A stretch of DNA of 64,000 nt, from assembly GCA_964406525.1 (NCBI GenBank), contig CAYOSC010000001.1, positions 1,174-65,173 of the forward strand. Direction: 5' to 3'. This DNA is from an uncultured Candidatus Saccharibacteria bacterium (GTDB lineage: Bacteria > Patescibacteriota > Saccharimonadia > Saccharimonadales > Saccharimonadaceae). The position numbers and the translations under genes are program-made. The notes beneath the pieces are model-generated. The model made no database searches. It saw only the letters and a list, made by a program, of their open reading frames with translations, and was not told the origin of the DNA. Shown in pieces: positions 1-8,269 of this stretch (position 1 is its first letter; every line of letters begins with the position of its first letter).

Positions 1-2
1 TC

Positions 3-617
3 TTGATTGGCTCGATTTTCGGAGCGATTTACGAAGACATCTTGGTCTATGTGAAGACGTTGTTTGAGACGGGTACAGGGGAATGGATGTTGCACCGCGG
101 GGTGATCTACGGGCCGTTTAACGTGATTTATGGGATTGGCGCGGCACTGATGTGCTGGTTTTTATTGCGGAAGAAATATACGGACTGGCAAATTTTCTTG
201 TATTCGGCGCTGCTGGGCGGGGCGGTGGAGTTCTTGCTGAGTTATTTTCAGGAGCTATTTACGCAGACGACGTCGTGGGACTATACGGGATATTTTTTAA
301 ATATTGATGGACGGACGACGGTGCCGTTCATGGCGGTGTGGGGATTTTTGGGTTTGATTTTGGTGAAGATTGTATATCCATTTTGCTCGAGTTTAGTTGA
401 GAAGATTCCAGTTCGAATTGGCAATTCAGTATATTGGGTTTTGCTGGTTTTTATGATTTTTAATTGTTTAATCTCGTGGTCGGCGGTGATGCGACAAACT
501 TTGCGGCATAATGGCATAGCACCAGTGACGCCGATTGGGCAGTTTTATGATGAATATTACAATGATGATTACTTGAGAAAGTATTATCCGAATATGGTGC
601 GCGAGGGCGGTCAGTAA
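3..617 (+). CDS. Multi-pass membrane protein, PF06541 / 'putative ABC-transporter type IV' (DUF1113)-like; possibly 5'-truncated by the window edge
   Basis: 204-aa hydrophobic ORF. The TTG at nt 3 may not be the true start. It shares GP..IYG.GA..M and W(W)DY...LNI.GR blocks with the paralogous ORF 37850..38581. Its stop overlaps the next ATG (TAATG). Confidence 0.6.
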   Translation: MIGSIFGAIYEDILVYVKTLFETGTGEWMLHRGVIYGPFNVIYGIGAALMCWFLLRKKYTDWQIFLYSALLGGAVEFLLSYFQELFTQTTSWDYTGYFLNIDGRTTVPFMAVWGFLGLILVKIVYPFCSSLVEKIPVRIGNSVYWVLLVFMIFNCLISWSAVMRQTLRHNGIAPVTPIGQFYDEYYNDDYLRKYYPNMVREGGQ

Positions 618-1819
618 TGCTGGCGGTGGGAGCATTATGTATTATTTATGCATTGTTTTTGGCTGTGCGTGCGAATGTAGCGCTCAAGAAAAGCCACTTA
701 CATTTGACTCCGCAAACGCAGATCCCGAAAATGGCGTTTTTAATACCGGCGAGGTATGAGAGTGCGGTAGTTGAGGGCTTGCTGAAGAGTATCACGAAGC
801 AAACCGTGTCGGTGAAGATGGAAGATGTGTACGTGATCGTGGAGAGCTTGGATGATCCGACGGTGGGGATTTGTAAAACGTATGGCTGTAGTGTGATTTT
901 GCGGGAGCATGTAGAGTTACAGCGCAAAGGTTATGCACTGGATGAAGCGGTGAAACAAATTCTGCCGAAGCATCACTATGATTTGTACTTTGTATTTGAC
1001 GCGGATAATCGCCTGGCGCCGACGTACTTGGAAGAAATGTTGAAGACTTACGCGCAAGGTTACGAGATGGCGACTGGATATCGGAATGCGCGCAATAATA
1101 ATCGAAATGTAATTTCGGCGGTGTCGGCGCTGACTTTTACGATGATTAATACGGTCGATAATCGGAATCGGGTGCGATATGGGGCGAATATTATTTTCTC
1201 GGGGACGGGATGTTTTGTAGATGGAAAGTTGGTAGAAAAATGGGGCGGCTGGCCGTTTCATAGTTTGACGGAGGATTATGAGATGTCGCTCTACGCGATT
1301 GCACATAACATATCGACTTTTTATAATGAGCGGGCGGTGTTTTATGATGAACAACCGACGCGCTATTGGCAGACGGTAGATCAGCGAATTCGCTGGATCA
1401 AGGGGTACTTCGAGGCAAGGCATGAGTATATTCCGCAGATGCGCAAGCAAAAGTATCCAGATAATGAGGGTAGCAGAATCCGGGAGCTGATCGGTGTGAA
1501 GCCTATTATTTGGCTGCTAATCGGTTTGGTTTGCATGACGCTTGGAGATGTCATAGATTTCTTGGTGATGGGAAGATGGCAGGTGATGCTGACAGTGCTA
1601 GTCGTAATACTGGGGATTGTGTATGTGGGGCTTTTGGTAGCGACGGTGATCATGATCAAGATGGAGAAGATGCACTTCACGCCCAGTATTAAAGTACGGA
1701 CGGTTTTGTTTAACCCGATTTATCTATGTACTTACGTTCCCTGTGCGTTGAAGGCTTTGTTAATTAAAGACGTGAAGTGGAAACGAATTGAACATGGGCG
1801 TACAAAGAAGCGACGCTAA
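617..1819 (+). CDS. Family-2 glycosyltransferase (processive type) with C-terminal TM helices
   Basis: 400 aa with FVFDADN (DxD), TED and QRIRW (Q/RxxRW) motifs in canonical order, then a hydrophobic C-terminus. Confidence 0.8.
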   Translation: MLAVGALCIIYALFLAVRANVALKKSHLHLTPQTQIPKMAFLIPARYESAVVEGLLKSITKQTVSVKMEDVYVIVESLDDPTVGICKTYGCSVILREHVELQRKGYALDEAVKQILPKHHYDLYFVFDADNRLAPTYLEEMLKTYAQGYEMATGYRNARNNNRNVISAVSALTFTMINTVDNRNRVRYGANIIFSGTGCFVDGKLVEKWGGWPFHSLTEDYEMSLYAIAHNISTFYNERAVFYDEQPTRYWQTVDQRIRWIKGYFEARHEYIPQMRKQKYPDNEGSRIRELIGVKPIIWLLIGLVCMTLGDVIDFLVMGRWQVMLTVLVVILGIVYVGLLVATVIMIKMEKMHFTPSIKVRTVLFNPIYLCTYVPCALKALLIKDVKWKRIEHGRTKKRR

Positions 1820-3324
1820 CGAACTCTCTTAGCGAGTTGACGGAGGCGAGGCTGCAGGACGCAGCGTAAGTACCTGTCTGGTGCGAGTTCGATATGTGGG
1901 AGTTCGTAGTCGGGCGTATGATGTAGGGCAGTGGCGAGATTTTGCGGAAGTTGGAGAGGACGCCAGTCAATAATAGTATTTGATAGACCGTGTAGCCTAG
2001 CGAATTCACGGAAGAGCCAAGCGGAATCATCGTGATAGAGGTTAATGTAATATAACTTTTTGTCATCGCGCGGGAGATACTGGGCGACATTGGCGTAAGA
2101 CTGACGGAGGCGTTCGATATTATCGCTACTATTGCTGCGGATTTCATTGAGGAAGTCTTCGTAAAAGGTGGTTTCGGTACGAGAGTTGATGATAAACTCA
2201 CTAGTAATATATGAATCTTCATAGCAAAGTTGATAGAGTGCGAGGCGGTTAGGAATTTTGACTGTCTTGACAAGGATTCGGAGGAGGCTGGCTGCATCCC
2301 AACGAGCAGATGCATGGTTGGCGAGCAGCCAGATGAAAGCGCGCAAGATAGTGTCTTGATTGAGGCCGCTGGCTTGCGTGAGATTGGCATGGCCGTCGAT
2401 GGTGATTTCCGTAGTAGGTAGTAAGAATGCTGAGCCGGCGCACAGTTCGAGCTGAGTATATAGTTGACAAGACCAGAGCTTGGAAATCTGCGAAACGATA
2501 GAGTCTGCTTCGGTGTGAGGGTTGATGGCGGGGTTATAGCGAGAATTTGCGCGAATTTGAGCGGAAGATTGATGGTATGAGTCGACGATTTGCCCTGCAA
2601 GAGTGCGGAGACCGCGCATGCGAACCGGGCGATAATGATAGGCGAGGCTACCGGCTGCGAGAGCGGCGGAATAAGCAGTGTGGCTGGCACTAATATGTAA
2701 GTTGGTTCCGAGTATGAAATTCTTGTTGAGTTGGGTAGTAAGTTCGGAGAAGCTAGGATCTGGTGTGTCAAAATCGGCGGTACAGACGCCACTATCGAAA
2801 ATGTCGTCAATCTTGGCGATTTGGAGAATAGTTTTGACTTGGTCGCAGGTGAGATGGGTATTACTCAGACAATAAAGTTTAATTTTCGGCGAAAGCTGTT
2901 TAATGGCGGAGAGCTGAGCGACGAGATGACGATTAACCTTGGTGTTATCAACAATGAATCTTAGTTCATCGGTAATGAGTGCGATGAGAAGGTCGAGCTG
3001 CTGTTTGCTGTCTAGCTGCAAATTGTATTTGTGGCAAAGTAGGCTAACCATTGTTTCGATACAGAGATCGAGGCGGATGGGCTGCTCACTGTCCTCGAGG
3101 AGCTGTTTGGCGGAACGATACCAATCGCAGACTTCGTAATCGGTGATGTCGGTAGAGACGTATTGCTGGAGCTTGGGTGCCCAGATTTTGGAAAGTTCAT
3201 AGCGCCGTAGCGAATCTGGCCAATAGTCGAACAGCAGAATTGTGTCAAAAATATCAATAGTGATAGAGGTGAGCTGATTTTGCTCAATAAGTCTAAGAAG
3301 TTTGTGATACAGGGTTGGCTTCAT
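1816..3324 (-). CDS. Hypothetical protein with an N-terminal HAD-like motif (COG5610-like)
   Basis: 502-aa ORF. The N-terminal IDIFDTILL resembles HAD motif I of the FDIFDTLI-type hydrolases. The remainder is unrecognised. It converges on the GT2 gene with a 4-nt overlap. Confidence 0.5.
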   Translation of the reverse strand: MKPTLYHKLLRLIEQNQLTSITIDIFDTILLFDYWPDSLRRYELSKIWAPKLQQYVSTDITDYEVCDWYRSAKQLLEDSEQPIRLDLCIETMVSLLCHKYNLQLDSKQQLDLLIALITDELRFIVDNTKVNRHLVAQLSAIKQLSPKIKLYCLSNTHLTCDQVKTILQIAKIDDIFDSGVCTADFDTPDPSFSELTTQLNKNFILGTNLHISASHTAYSAALAAGSLAYHYRPVRMRGLRTLAGQIVDSYHQSSAQIRANSRYNPAINPHTEADSIVSQISKLWSCQLYTQLELCAGSAFLLPTTEITIDGHANLTQASGLNQDTILRAFIWLLANHASARWDAASLLRILVKTVKIPNRLALYQLCYEDSYITSEFIINSRTETTFYEDFLNEIRSNSSDNIERLRQSYANVAQYLPRDDKKLYYINLYHDDSAWLFREFARLHGLSNTIIDWRPLQLPQNLATALHHTPDYELPHIELAPDRYLRCVLQPRLRQLAKRVR

Positions 3325-3404
3325 AATAATTCATTCTGCCCACCAGTTGTGTATATTATATATCAAAATGTAAGATTTGACAAGGAGCGAAAAATGCGGC
3401 ACTA

Positions 3405-4430
3405 TCAAAAGCCAATCGAAAACCAATCATCCAAAATATAATCTTCACCATGGACGCCGGCGGCGGCGAGGATGGGCTGGTATGGCTGAAACTCAGGATG
3501 GCTGGCAAGGAAAGCAGTAGCGGCAAAACGCATTTGTTTGAGCTTTTGCGAAGTGATTTGATCGAGACTGGAGCCATGAGTTTGCGATTTGCGATATTTG
3601 ACTTCGGTGAAGTAGATTTTGTTATTTCTGGTAGAAACAATGTCGATTTCGTAAAGTTTGGTTTTATAATTATGGGCGATAATTTGATGATCGTGATTGA
3701 TGAGATAATCCATGACGACATACTCCCCGTGTTGACCGCGATAAGTAGTGGTGTCGAGAGGGTTGTTATTTTCCTGCTCATAAGCTTCTTGATGAGCGGG
3801 GTCGACTTGTGCGGGAGTAACCCCAGTAATACTGGTTTCTAGTAACTCACTGATAGGACGGAAACTTTTGCGATGCTCAGAGCAAATGCCGAGCTGTGCG
3901 AGTGCTTGTTTGTGGGCGGCGGTGCCGTAACCGACGTGCTTTTCGAAACCGTAGCCAGGGTATTTCTTGGCGAGATCGATCATGTAGTTATCACGAGCGA
4001 CTTTGGCGATGATGGAGGCGGCGGAGACTTCTTTGACGAGTAGATCGGCTTTCTTGAGTACAGTGACGCGGTTAGCGAGCGGGGTACTAGTGAGAAAATT
4101 GACGGTACCATCGATGATAATTTCGTCGAAAGGGACTTTGGTGGTGAGAATTTGTTTGACGGCGCGGCGGGCGGCAAGTTTAAGCGAATTGCTGAGGCCG
4201 TAACGATCGATTTCGGGAGCGAAAACCCAACCGAGACCAGTGGCGGCGGCTTTCTCTAGGATAATCGGGCTGAGTGAGGTGCGTTGCTTCGGGGTGAGCT
4301 TTTTGGAATCGGTGAGTTCGTCCGTCCAATCGGCCGTAGTCCCGAGGATGACGGCACCTATGACTAACGGCCCCGCCCAGGGGCCGCGTCCTACTTCATC
4401 TATACCTAAGATAGTTTTGGTTTTACTCAG
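3405..4430 (-). CDS. rnhB: Ribonuclease HII fused to a YraN/UPF0102-family endonuclease domain; non-canonical start (start coordinate uncertain, 4403-4445)
   Basis: The frame is open from 4445. Its N-terminal part reads KTILGIDEVGRGPWAGPLVIGAVIL...IIIDG...AASIIAKVARD...GYGT..H, which is RNase HII. The C-terminal part reads GQHGEYVVMDYL...YEIDIV...IYFTEVKYR, which is YraN. No ATG/GTG/TTG occurs in frame before 3983. A CTG at 4430 is preceded by GAGGA 8 nt upstream. Confidence 0.75.
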   Translation of the reverse strand: MSKTKTILGIDEVGRGPWAGPLVIGAVILGTTADWTDELTDSKKLTPKQRTSLSPIILEKAAATGLGWVFAPEIDRYGLSNSLKLAARRAVKQILTTKVPFDEIIIDGTVNFLTSTPLANRVTVLKKADLLVKEVSAASIIAKVARDNYMIDLAKKYPGYGFEKHVGYGTAAHKQALAQLGICSEHRKSFRPISELLETSITGVTPAQVDPAHQEAYEQENNNPLDTTTYRGQHGEYVVMDYLINHDHQIIAHNYKTKLYEIDIVSTRNNKIYFTEVKYRKSQTHGSSLDQITSQKLKQMRFAATAFLASHPEFQPYQPILAAAGVHGEDYILDDWFSIGF

Positions 4431-4866
4431 CTTTGGCTTCCTCAGCTACAGGCTCAGCAGCCTTTGGCTCTTCGGCTGGCTTGACTTCGGGGAGGGCATT
4501 GACGGCAGCGCGGTCAAAAGCTTTGGCGACGAGACGAGCAGATTTGCCAGAACGTTCGCGTAAGAAGGAAAGATTTTTGCGGCGGACTTTGGCGCGGTGA
4601 ACGATTTCGATTTTCTCAACAAGTGGATTGTGAATTAAGAATGACTTCTCAACGCCAACACCAGAGGCAACTTTGCGGACGGTAATGCGAGCAGTGTGGG
4701 AATCCTTGCGATCGGTGCGGATCACAACACCTTCGAATACCTGAGAGCGGAACTTTTCGCCTTCTTTAATCTTTTGGGTCACGCGAACGGTATCACCCGA
4801 GCGCACGTCGACAACAGCCGCTTTCTTCTGTGCGTCGCCGATTTCTTTCAAATCTGTAAAACTCAT
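4423..4866 (-). CDS. rplS: 50S ribosomal protein L19 with an Ala/Glu/Lys/Pro-rich C-terminal tail
   Basis: 147 aa. GDTVRV..KIKEGEK.R.Q.FEGVVI...RITVRK...GVGVEKSF..H.P is typical L19. Confidence 0.95.
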   Translation of the reverse strand: MSFTDLKEIGDAQKKAAVVDVRSGDTVRVTQKIKEGEKFRSQVFEGVVIRTDRKDSHTARITVRKVASGVGVEKSFLIHNPLVEKIEIVHRAKVRRKNLSFLRERSGKSARLVAKAFDRAAVNALPEVKPAEEPKAAEPVAEEAKAE

Positions 4867-4959
4867 AATTAAACCTTTATATTACAACTTTTATTATTTT
4901 ATCACACTTTTTCGATTTTGAGAAGCCCTTAGGGGAGATTTTTGCATTGCTTCATATCA

Positions 4960-5084
4960 TTTTTACTTACAAATACGCTGTTTTCTCGGGTCGCGTCCCT
5001 CGAGCTCGTCGTCACGAGTCTCGGGCGCTCATCCTCGGTCGTAACCTCCGGGAGTCCCGAGAAAAAGATATTTGTAAGTAAAAA
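4960..5084. repeat. Palindromic structured repeat element, copy A (family also at 42737..42852 and 47453..47570)
   Basis: Perfect 16-bp outer inverted repeat (tttttacttacaaata / tatttgtaagtaaaaa). It encloses a ~75-nt core that is near-identical to the other two copies. Confidence 0.8.
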
Positions 5085-5105
5085 CATTTAGCGCATATCA
5101 TCAGA

Positions 5106-5687
5106 TTAGTGCTGCTTAAGAGCTTCGCGAACACGTTCTTCGACGGAAAGGTTCGGGTCGACATCAGCTAGGGCAGCAGTAGCTTCTTTGAGCGGGAAAC
5201 CGAGTGCAATAAGGGCGTCGAGAGCTTCGTCCTCTGGCCCCTTCGGTGCGGAGGCGATAAAGGTTTCGGTGCGGCCGTAGTGTGAGGGTAGGCCAACTTT
5301 GTCGCGGAGATCGACAATAACACGTTCAGCGGATTTCTTACCAACGCCGCTAGCCTTGGCGATAAAGGCAGTATCGTCATTAGCGATGGCATTACGGACT
5401 TCTTCGGGTGTGCTGAGGCTGAGGATTGCCATGGCGGCTTTGGGGCCGATACCGTTGACGGAAATCAACATCTCGAGAAGCTTTTTGGCGGCAAGGCTGA
5501 GGAATCCATATAAATCTTCGCCATTTTCACGGACGGAATGATAGGTATAGAATTTGATCTGATCGTCGAGATGAACAGCTTCGGCGTCAGGAGTGCTGAT
5601 GGTGAGCTCGTAGCCAACTCCGTGGACGTCGACAATGACAGAATTAAGGAATTTTTCTGTAACGATACCGGAAATGTGAGCGATCAT
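5106..5687 (-). CDS. ruvA: Holliday junction branch-migration complex subunit RuvA
   Basis: 193 aa. N-terminal MIAHISG.V......VIVDVHGVGYE OB fold, HhH region (NGIGPK.A..IL) and a C-terminal domain. Confidence 0.9.
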   Translation of the reverse strand: MIAHISGIVTEKFLNSVIVDVHGVGYELTISTPDAEAVHLDDQIKFYTYHSVRENGEDLYGFLSLAAKKLLEMLISVNGIGPKAAMAILSLSTPEEVRNAIANDDTAFIAKASGVGKKSAERVIVDLRDKVGLPSHYGRTETFIASAPKGPEDEALDALIALGFPLKEATAALADVDPNLSVEERVREALKQH

Positions 5688-5690
5688 GGA

Positions 5691-6062
5691 TTACTTTTTC
5701 AGTTTGGGGCTACAAATGCTAAGGATAATGAAAACGAGAACCGCCAAGCCGAGTGAGCCGAGCGAGAGATACATTGGCCAGAGAGCCGGCTCGGTTGCGA
5801 CTTCTTCATCATCTTCTACGACGATTTCTTCGGAGCCATCAGAATCTTCGCCAGCAGAAAGTACGTCATCAGTCTCGCCGCCGGTAACGATAGGTAAGTC
5901 ATCGGCCGGAGTATTGACCGGGATCTCATCATTGGTAGTGACGATGCAGGCTTCGTTGGTGGGATCTATTACGCAGTCGACTTCGTCTGCATAAGTAGCA
6001 GTACTTAAGAACGAACCACAAACTATCGTCAAGACTCCTAAAATTGCTATTTTCTCACCCAT
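5691..6062 (-). CDS. Small acidic secreted/anchored protein (signal peptide plus C-terminal TM and KLKK tail), function unknown
   Basis: 123-aa ORF between ruvC and ruvA. It has a hydrophobic N-terminus, a D/E-rich middle and a hydrophobic C-terminus ending in a basic tail. No LPXTG motif. Confidence 0.55.
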   Translation of the reverse strand: MGEKIAILGVLTIVCGSFLSTATYADEVDCVIDPTNEACIVTTNDEIPVNTPADDLPIVTGGETDDVLSAGEDSDGSEEIVVEDDEEVATEPALWPMYLSLGSLGLAVLVFIILSICSPKLKK

Positions 6063-6126
6063 TGATGTGCCTCCTTATTTTATTTAATTTTAGCATGCTT
6101 AAACTAAAATAACAACTGCTCAACCA

Positions 6127-6600
6127 TCAAACTTTAGCAGCAAAAGAATGGACAATAGCCACCGCGAGAGCGTCAGCCGCATCATCTGGCTTGGGGATAG
6201 TTTTGAGCTTGAGATGGACGCGCACCATTTCTTGCACCTGCGGTTTGTGGGCCATGCCGTAACCACAAATGGCGTTTTTAATTTGGTTCGGACTGTATTC
6301 GTAGATGGGGAGATGATGCTGCTTAGCCACTAGTAGGCAGATTCCGCGCGCCTCAGCGACGGAGATACCCGTGGTAATGTTTTGCTTGAAGAATAGTTTC
6401 TCAATGGCGACGACGTCGGGCTGGTTTTGCTGAATGATCTCATGGAGAGATTCATAAATATCGAGCAAGCGGTCAGGTAGCGGAGTGTGTGGTGGCGTAG
6501 AAATGACACCGTAGTCGAGCGCAGTCGTATTCTCAATGACACCGAAACCGCAAATACCGGTGCCAGGATCGATACCGAGAATTCGTTTATTCATTGACAT
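6127..6600 (-). CDS. ruvC: Crossover junction endodeoxyribonuclease RuvC
   Basis: 157 aa. ILGIDPG...G.GVI N-terminus and an RNase H-like fold pattern. Overlaps the radA stop by 14 nt. Confidence 0.9.
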   Translation of the reverse strand: MSMNKRILGIDPGTGICGFGVIENTTALDYGVISTPPHTPLPDRLLDIYESLHEIIQQNQPDVVAIEKLFFKQNITTGISVAEARGICLLVAKQHHLPIYEYSPNQIKNAICGYGMAHKPQVQEMVRVHLKLKTIPKPDDAADALAVAIVHSFAAKV

Positions 6601-7942
6601 AGTCTATTAAAGTTGAGCGGAGGTCTTTGACGGGGATGACGAAGGGGTCTTTGATAGTGGCGGGAGCAATGGCGTGAGTGAAGCCAAGCTTCTTGGCTTC
6701 GGATATACGTTGGTCGGGGCGGAAGGCGGAGCGAATTTCGCCTCCGAGACCGACTTCACCAAAAACGACGAATTCTTCGGAGAGTTTGCGACCAGCTGCG
6801 GCAGAAGCCATAGCGAGACAGATGGCGAGATCAGCTGCTGCGTCTTGGAGCTTCAATCCGCCGACAACGTTGATATAGATGTCTTTATCACTAAGTTTGA
6901 GCTTGGTGCGACGTTCGAGAACGGCGATGAGAAGCGAGAGGCGATTAATATCGAAGCCGGAACAGGTACGTTTGGGATAGCCGAAAGCAGTGGGACTAAC
7001 TAAGGCCTGGATTTCAACTAGAATTGGGCGAGCACCATCAAGCGTGGCGAGAATGATCGACCCGTCCGTGTTTTGACGTTCAGCGAGAAGGGCGGCGGAG
7101 GGGTTCTTAACTTCAGAGAGGCCGGTCTGACGCATTTCAAAAATGGCGGCTTCGCTGGTGGAACCGAAACGGTTTTTGACAGCACGGACGATTTTGAATC
7201 CACCATAGCGATCGCCTTCGAAATTCAGCACGACGTCGACAAGATGCTCGAGAACTTTCGGCCCGGCCAGAGTACCATCTTTCGTGACGTGGCCGACGAT
7301 AATAACGGCAGTATTGGAAGTCTTGGCGGCGCGGATAATGAGATTGCCACAGTTGGTGACTTGAGAAATGCCACCCGGAGCAGAGGTGAGCTCGGCGAGG
7401 CTGAGGGTCTGAATCGAGTCGACGATCACGAGCTGGAATTCACCTTCGGAGATAGTCTTGGCGATATCATTGGCGGAATTACTGCTAGCAAACTTTAAAC
7501 GGTCGGAGGAGGCGCCGAGCCGGACAGCACGCAGCTTGACTTGACCGGCAGACTCCTCGCCAGAAACGTACAATACATCGTGGCTTTCGGCAACGTGAGC
7601 GCAAATTTGCATGAGGATAGTAGATTTACCGATGCCGGGCTGTCCGGATAGTAACGAGACTGACCCCATGAGAATGCCACCGCCGAGGACTTCGTCGAGA
7701 TCACGGAAGCCAGTCGGTAGGCGACGTTTTTCGTCGGAGATCTCTAGATCTTTGATCTTGGCGTATTTGAGAGTTTGTCCAGTAGTTTGACCGCGAGAGA
7801 CGGCGTTTTTCTGGTTCTCTGGAGTTTCTTCGACTTGCTCAATGAGAGAGTTCCAAGCTCCGCATTTTGTGCAGCGTCCGGTCCATTTAATATAAGTAGC
7901 GCCGCATTGTTGGCAGACGAATTGAGTATGAGATTTGGCCAT
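6587..7942 (-). CDS. radA: DNA repair protein RadA/Sms
   Basis: 451 aa. C4 zinc finger (CQQCG...CTKCGAWNS), Walker A GQPGIGKST, KNRFG motif and a Lon-protease-like C-terminal domain. Confidence 0.95.
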   Translation of the reverse strand: MAKSHTQFVCQQCGATYIKWTGRCTKCGAWNSLIEQVEETPENQKNAVSRGQTTGQTLKYAKIKDLEISDEKRRLPTGFRDLDEVLGGGILMGSVSLLSGQPGIGKSTILMQICAHVAESHDVLYVSGEESAGQVKLRAVRLGASSDRLKFASSNSANDIAKTISEGEFQLVIVDSIQTLSLAELTSAPGGISQVTNCGNLIIRAAKTSNTAVIIVGHVTKDGTLAGPKVLEHLVDVVLNFEGDRYGGFKIVRAVKNRFGSTSEAAIFEMRQTGLSEVKNPSAALLAERQNTDGSIILATLDGARPILVEIQALVSPTAFGYPKRTCSGFDINRLSLLIAVLERRTKLKLSDKDIYINVVGGLKLQDAAADLAICLAMASAAAGRKLSEEFVVFGEVGLGGEIRSAFRPDQRISEAKKLGFTHAIAPATIKDPFVIPVKDLRSTLIDYVNE

Positions 7943-7999
7943 GGTTTTATTGTAGCATAAAATGTCATAGTGCAGCTGATTCTCTTTAGATACTTATGC

Positions 8000-8028
8000 T
8001 TGCCAGAAAAACAAAGGTTTGATATGAT
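8000..8028 (+). promoter_or_regulatory. Sigma-70-type promoter (TTGCCA-N17-TATGAT)
   Basis: -35 at 8000..8005, 17-nt spacer, -10 at 8023..8028. It lies ~80 nt upstream of the small ORF at 8107. Confidence 0.5.
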
Positions 8029-8106
8029 AGATAAGTCGTTGAAGGTTAGGTCGATTAGTAGCTTTTACTGCTAGCCGGATGTGACGCAATTTAAATAGGA
8101 GAATTG

Positions 8107-8202
8107 ATGCGTAATAAACCAAAACGTCCGATGATGCATCGCGAGAAGAATTTCCCGCCTGCACCTTGGCAAGAATTTATCGAGATTGATCCTAAATTCT
8201 AG
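8107..8202 (+). CDS. Candidate 31-aa small protein (MRNKPKRPMMHREKNFPPAPWQEFIEIDPKF)
   Basis: ATG preceded by AGGAG (taggagaattgATG), with its own promoter-like element and a downstream hairpin terminator. No homolog recognised. Confidence 0.35.
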   Translation: MRNKPKRPMMHREKNFPPAPWQEFIEIDPKF

Positions 8203-8213
8203 TTTTATACGCG

Positions 8214-8250
8214 AAAAGCCCCATTTGACTAGTCATTTGGGGCTTTGTTG
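8214..8250. terminator. Bidirectional rho-independent terminator
   Basis: Stem agcccca/tggggct (8217-8223 / 8238-8244) with an inner 3-bp extension. A-run upstream and T-rich run downstream. It sits between convergent genes. Confidence 0.6.
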
Positions 8251-8269
8251 TTGCTCAAAGTGGTAACTT

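Noticed and set aside
1764-2810. 348-aa minus-strand ORF in an alternative frame of the 1816..3324 gene
   Set aside because: It lies entirely within a longer ORF on the same strand. It has Ser/Thr/Pro-rich low-complexity composition, and the longer frame carries the HAD-like motif.
4990-5060. Hammerhead or other small self-cleaving ribozyme core in the repeat element (GGATGAG ... GAGAAA on the reverse strand)
   Set aside because: The CUGAUGA and GAAA boxes are not both present in the required arrangement around three helices.
4953-5100. Possible target-site duplication (catatcat) around repeat copy A
   Set aside because: The right-hand copy is 8 nt away from the element end. Copies B and C show no comparable duplication.
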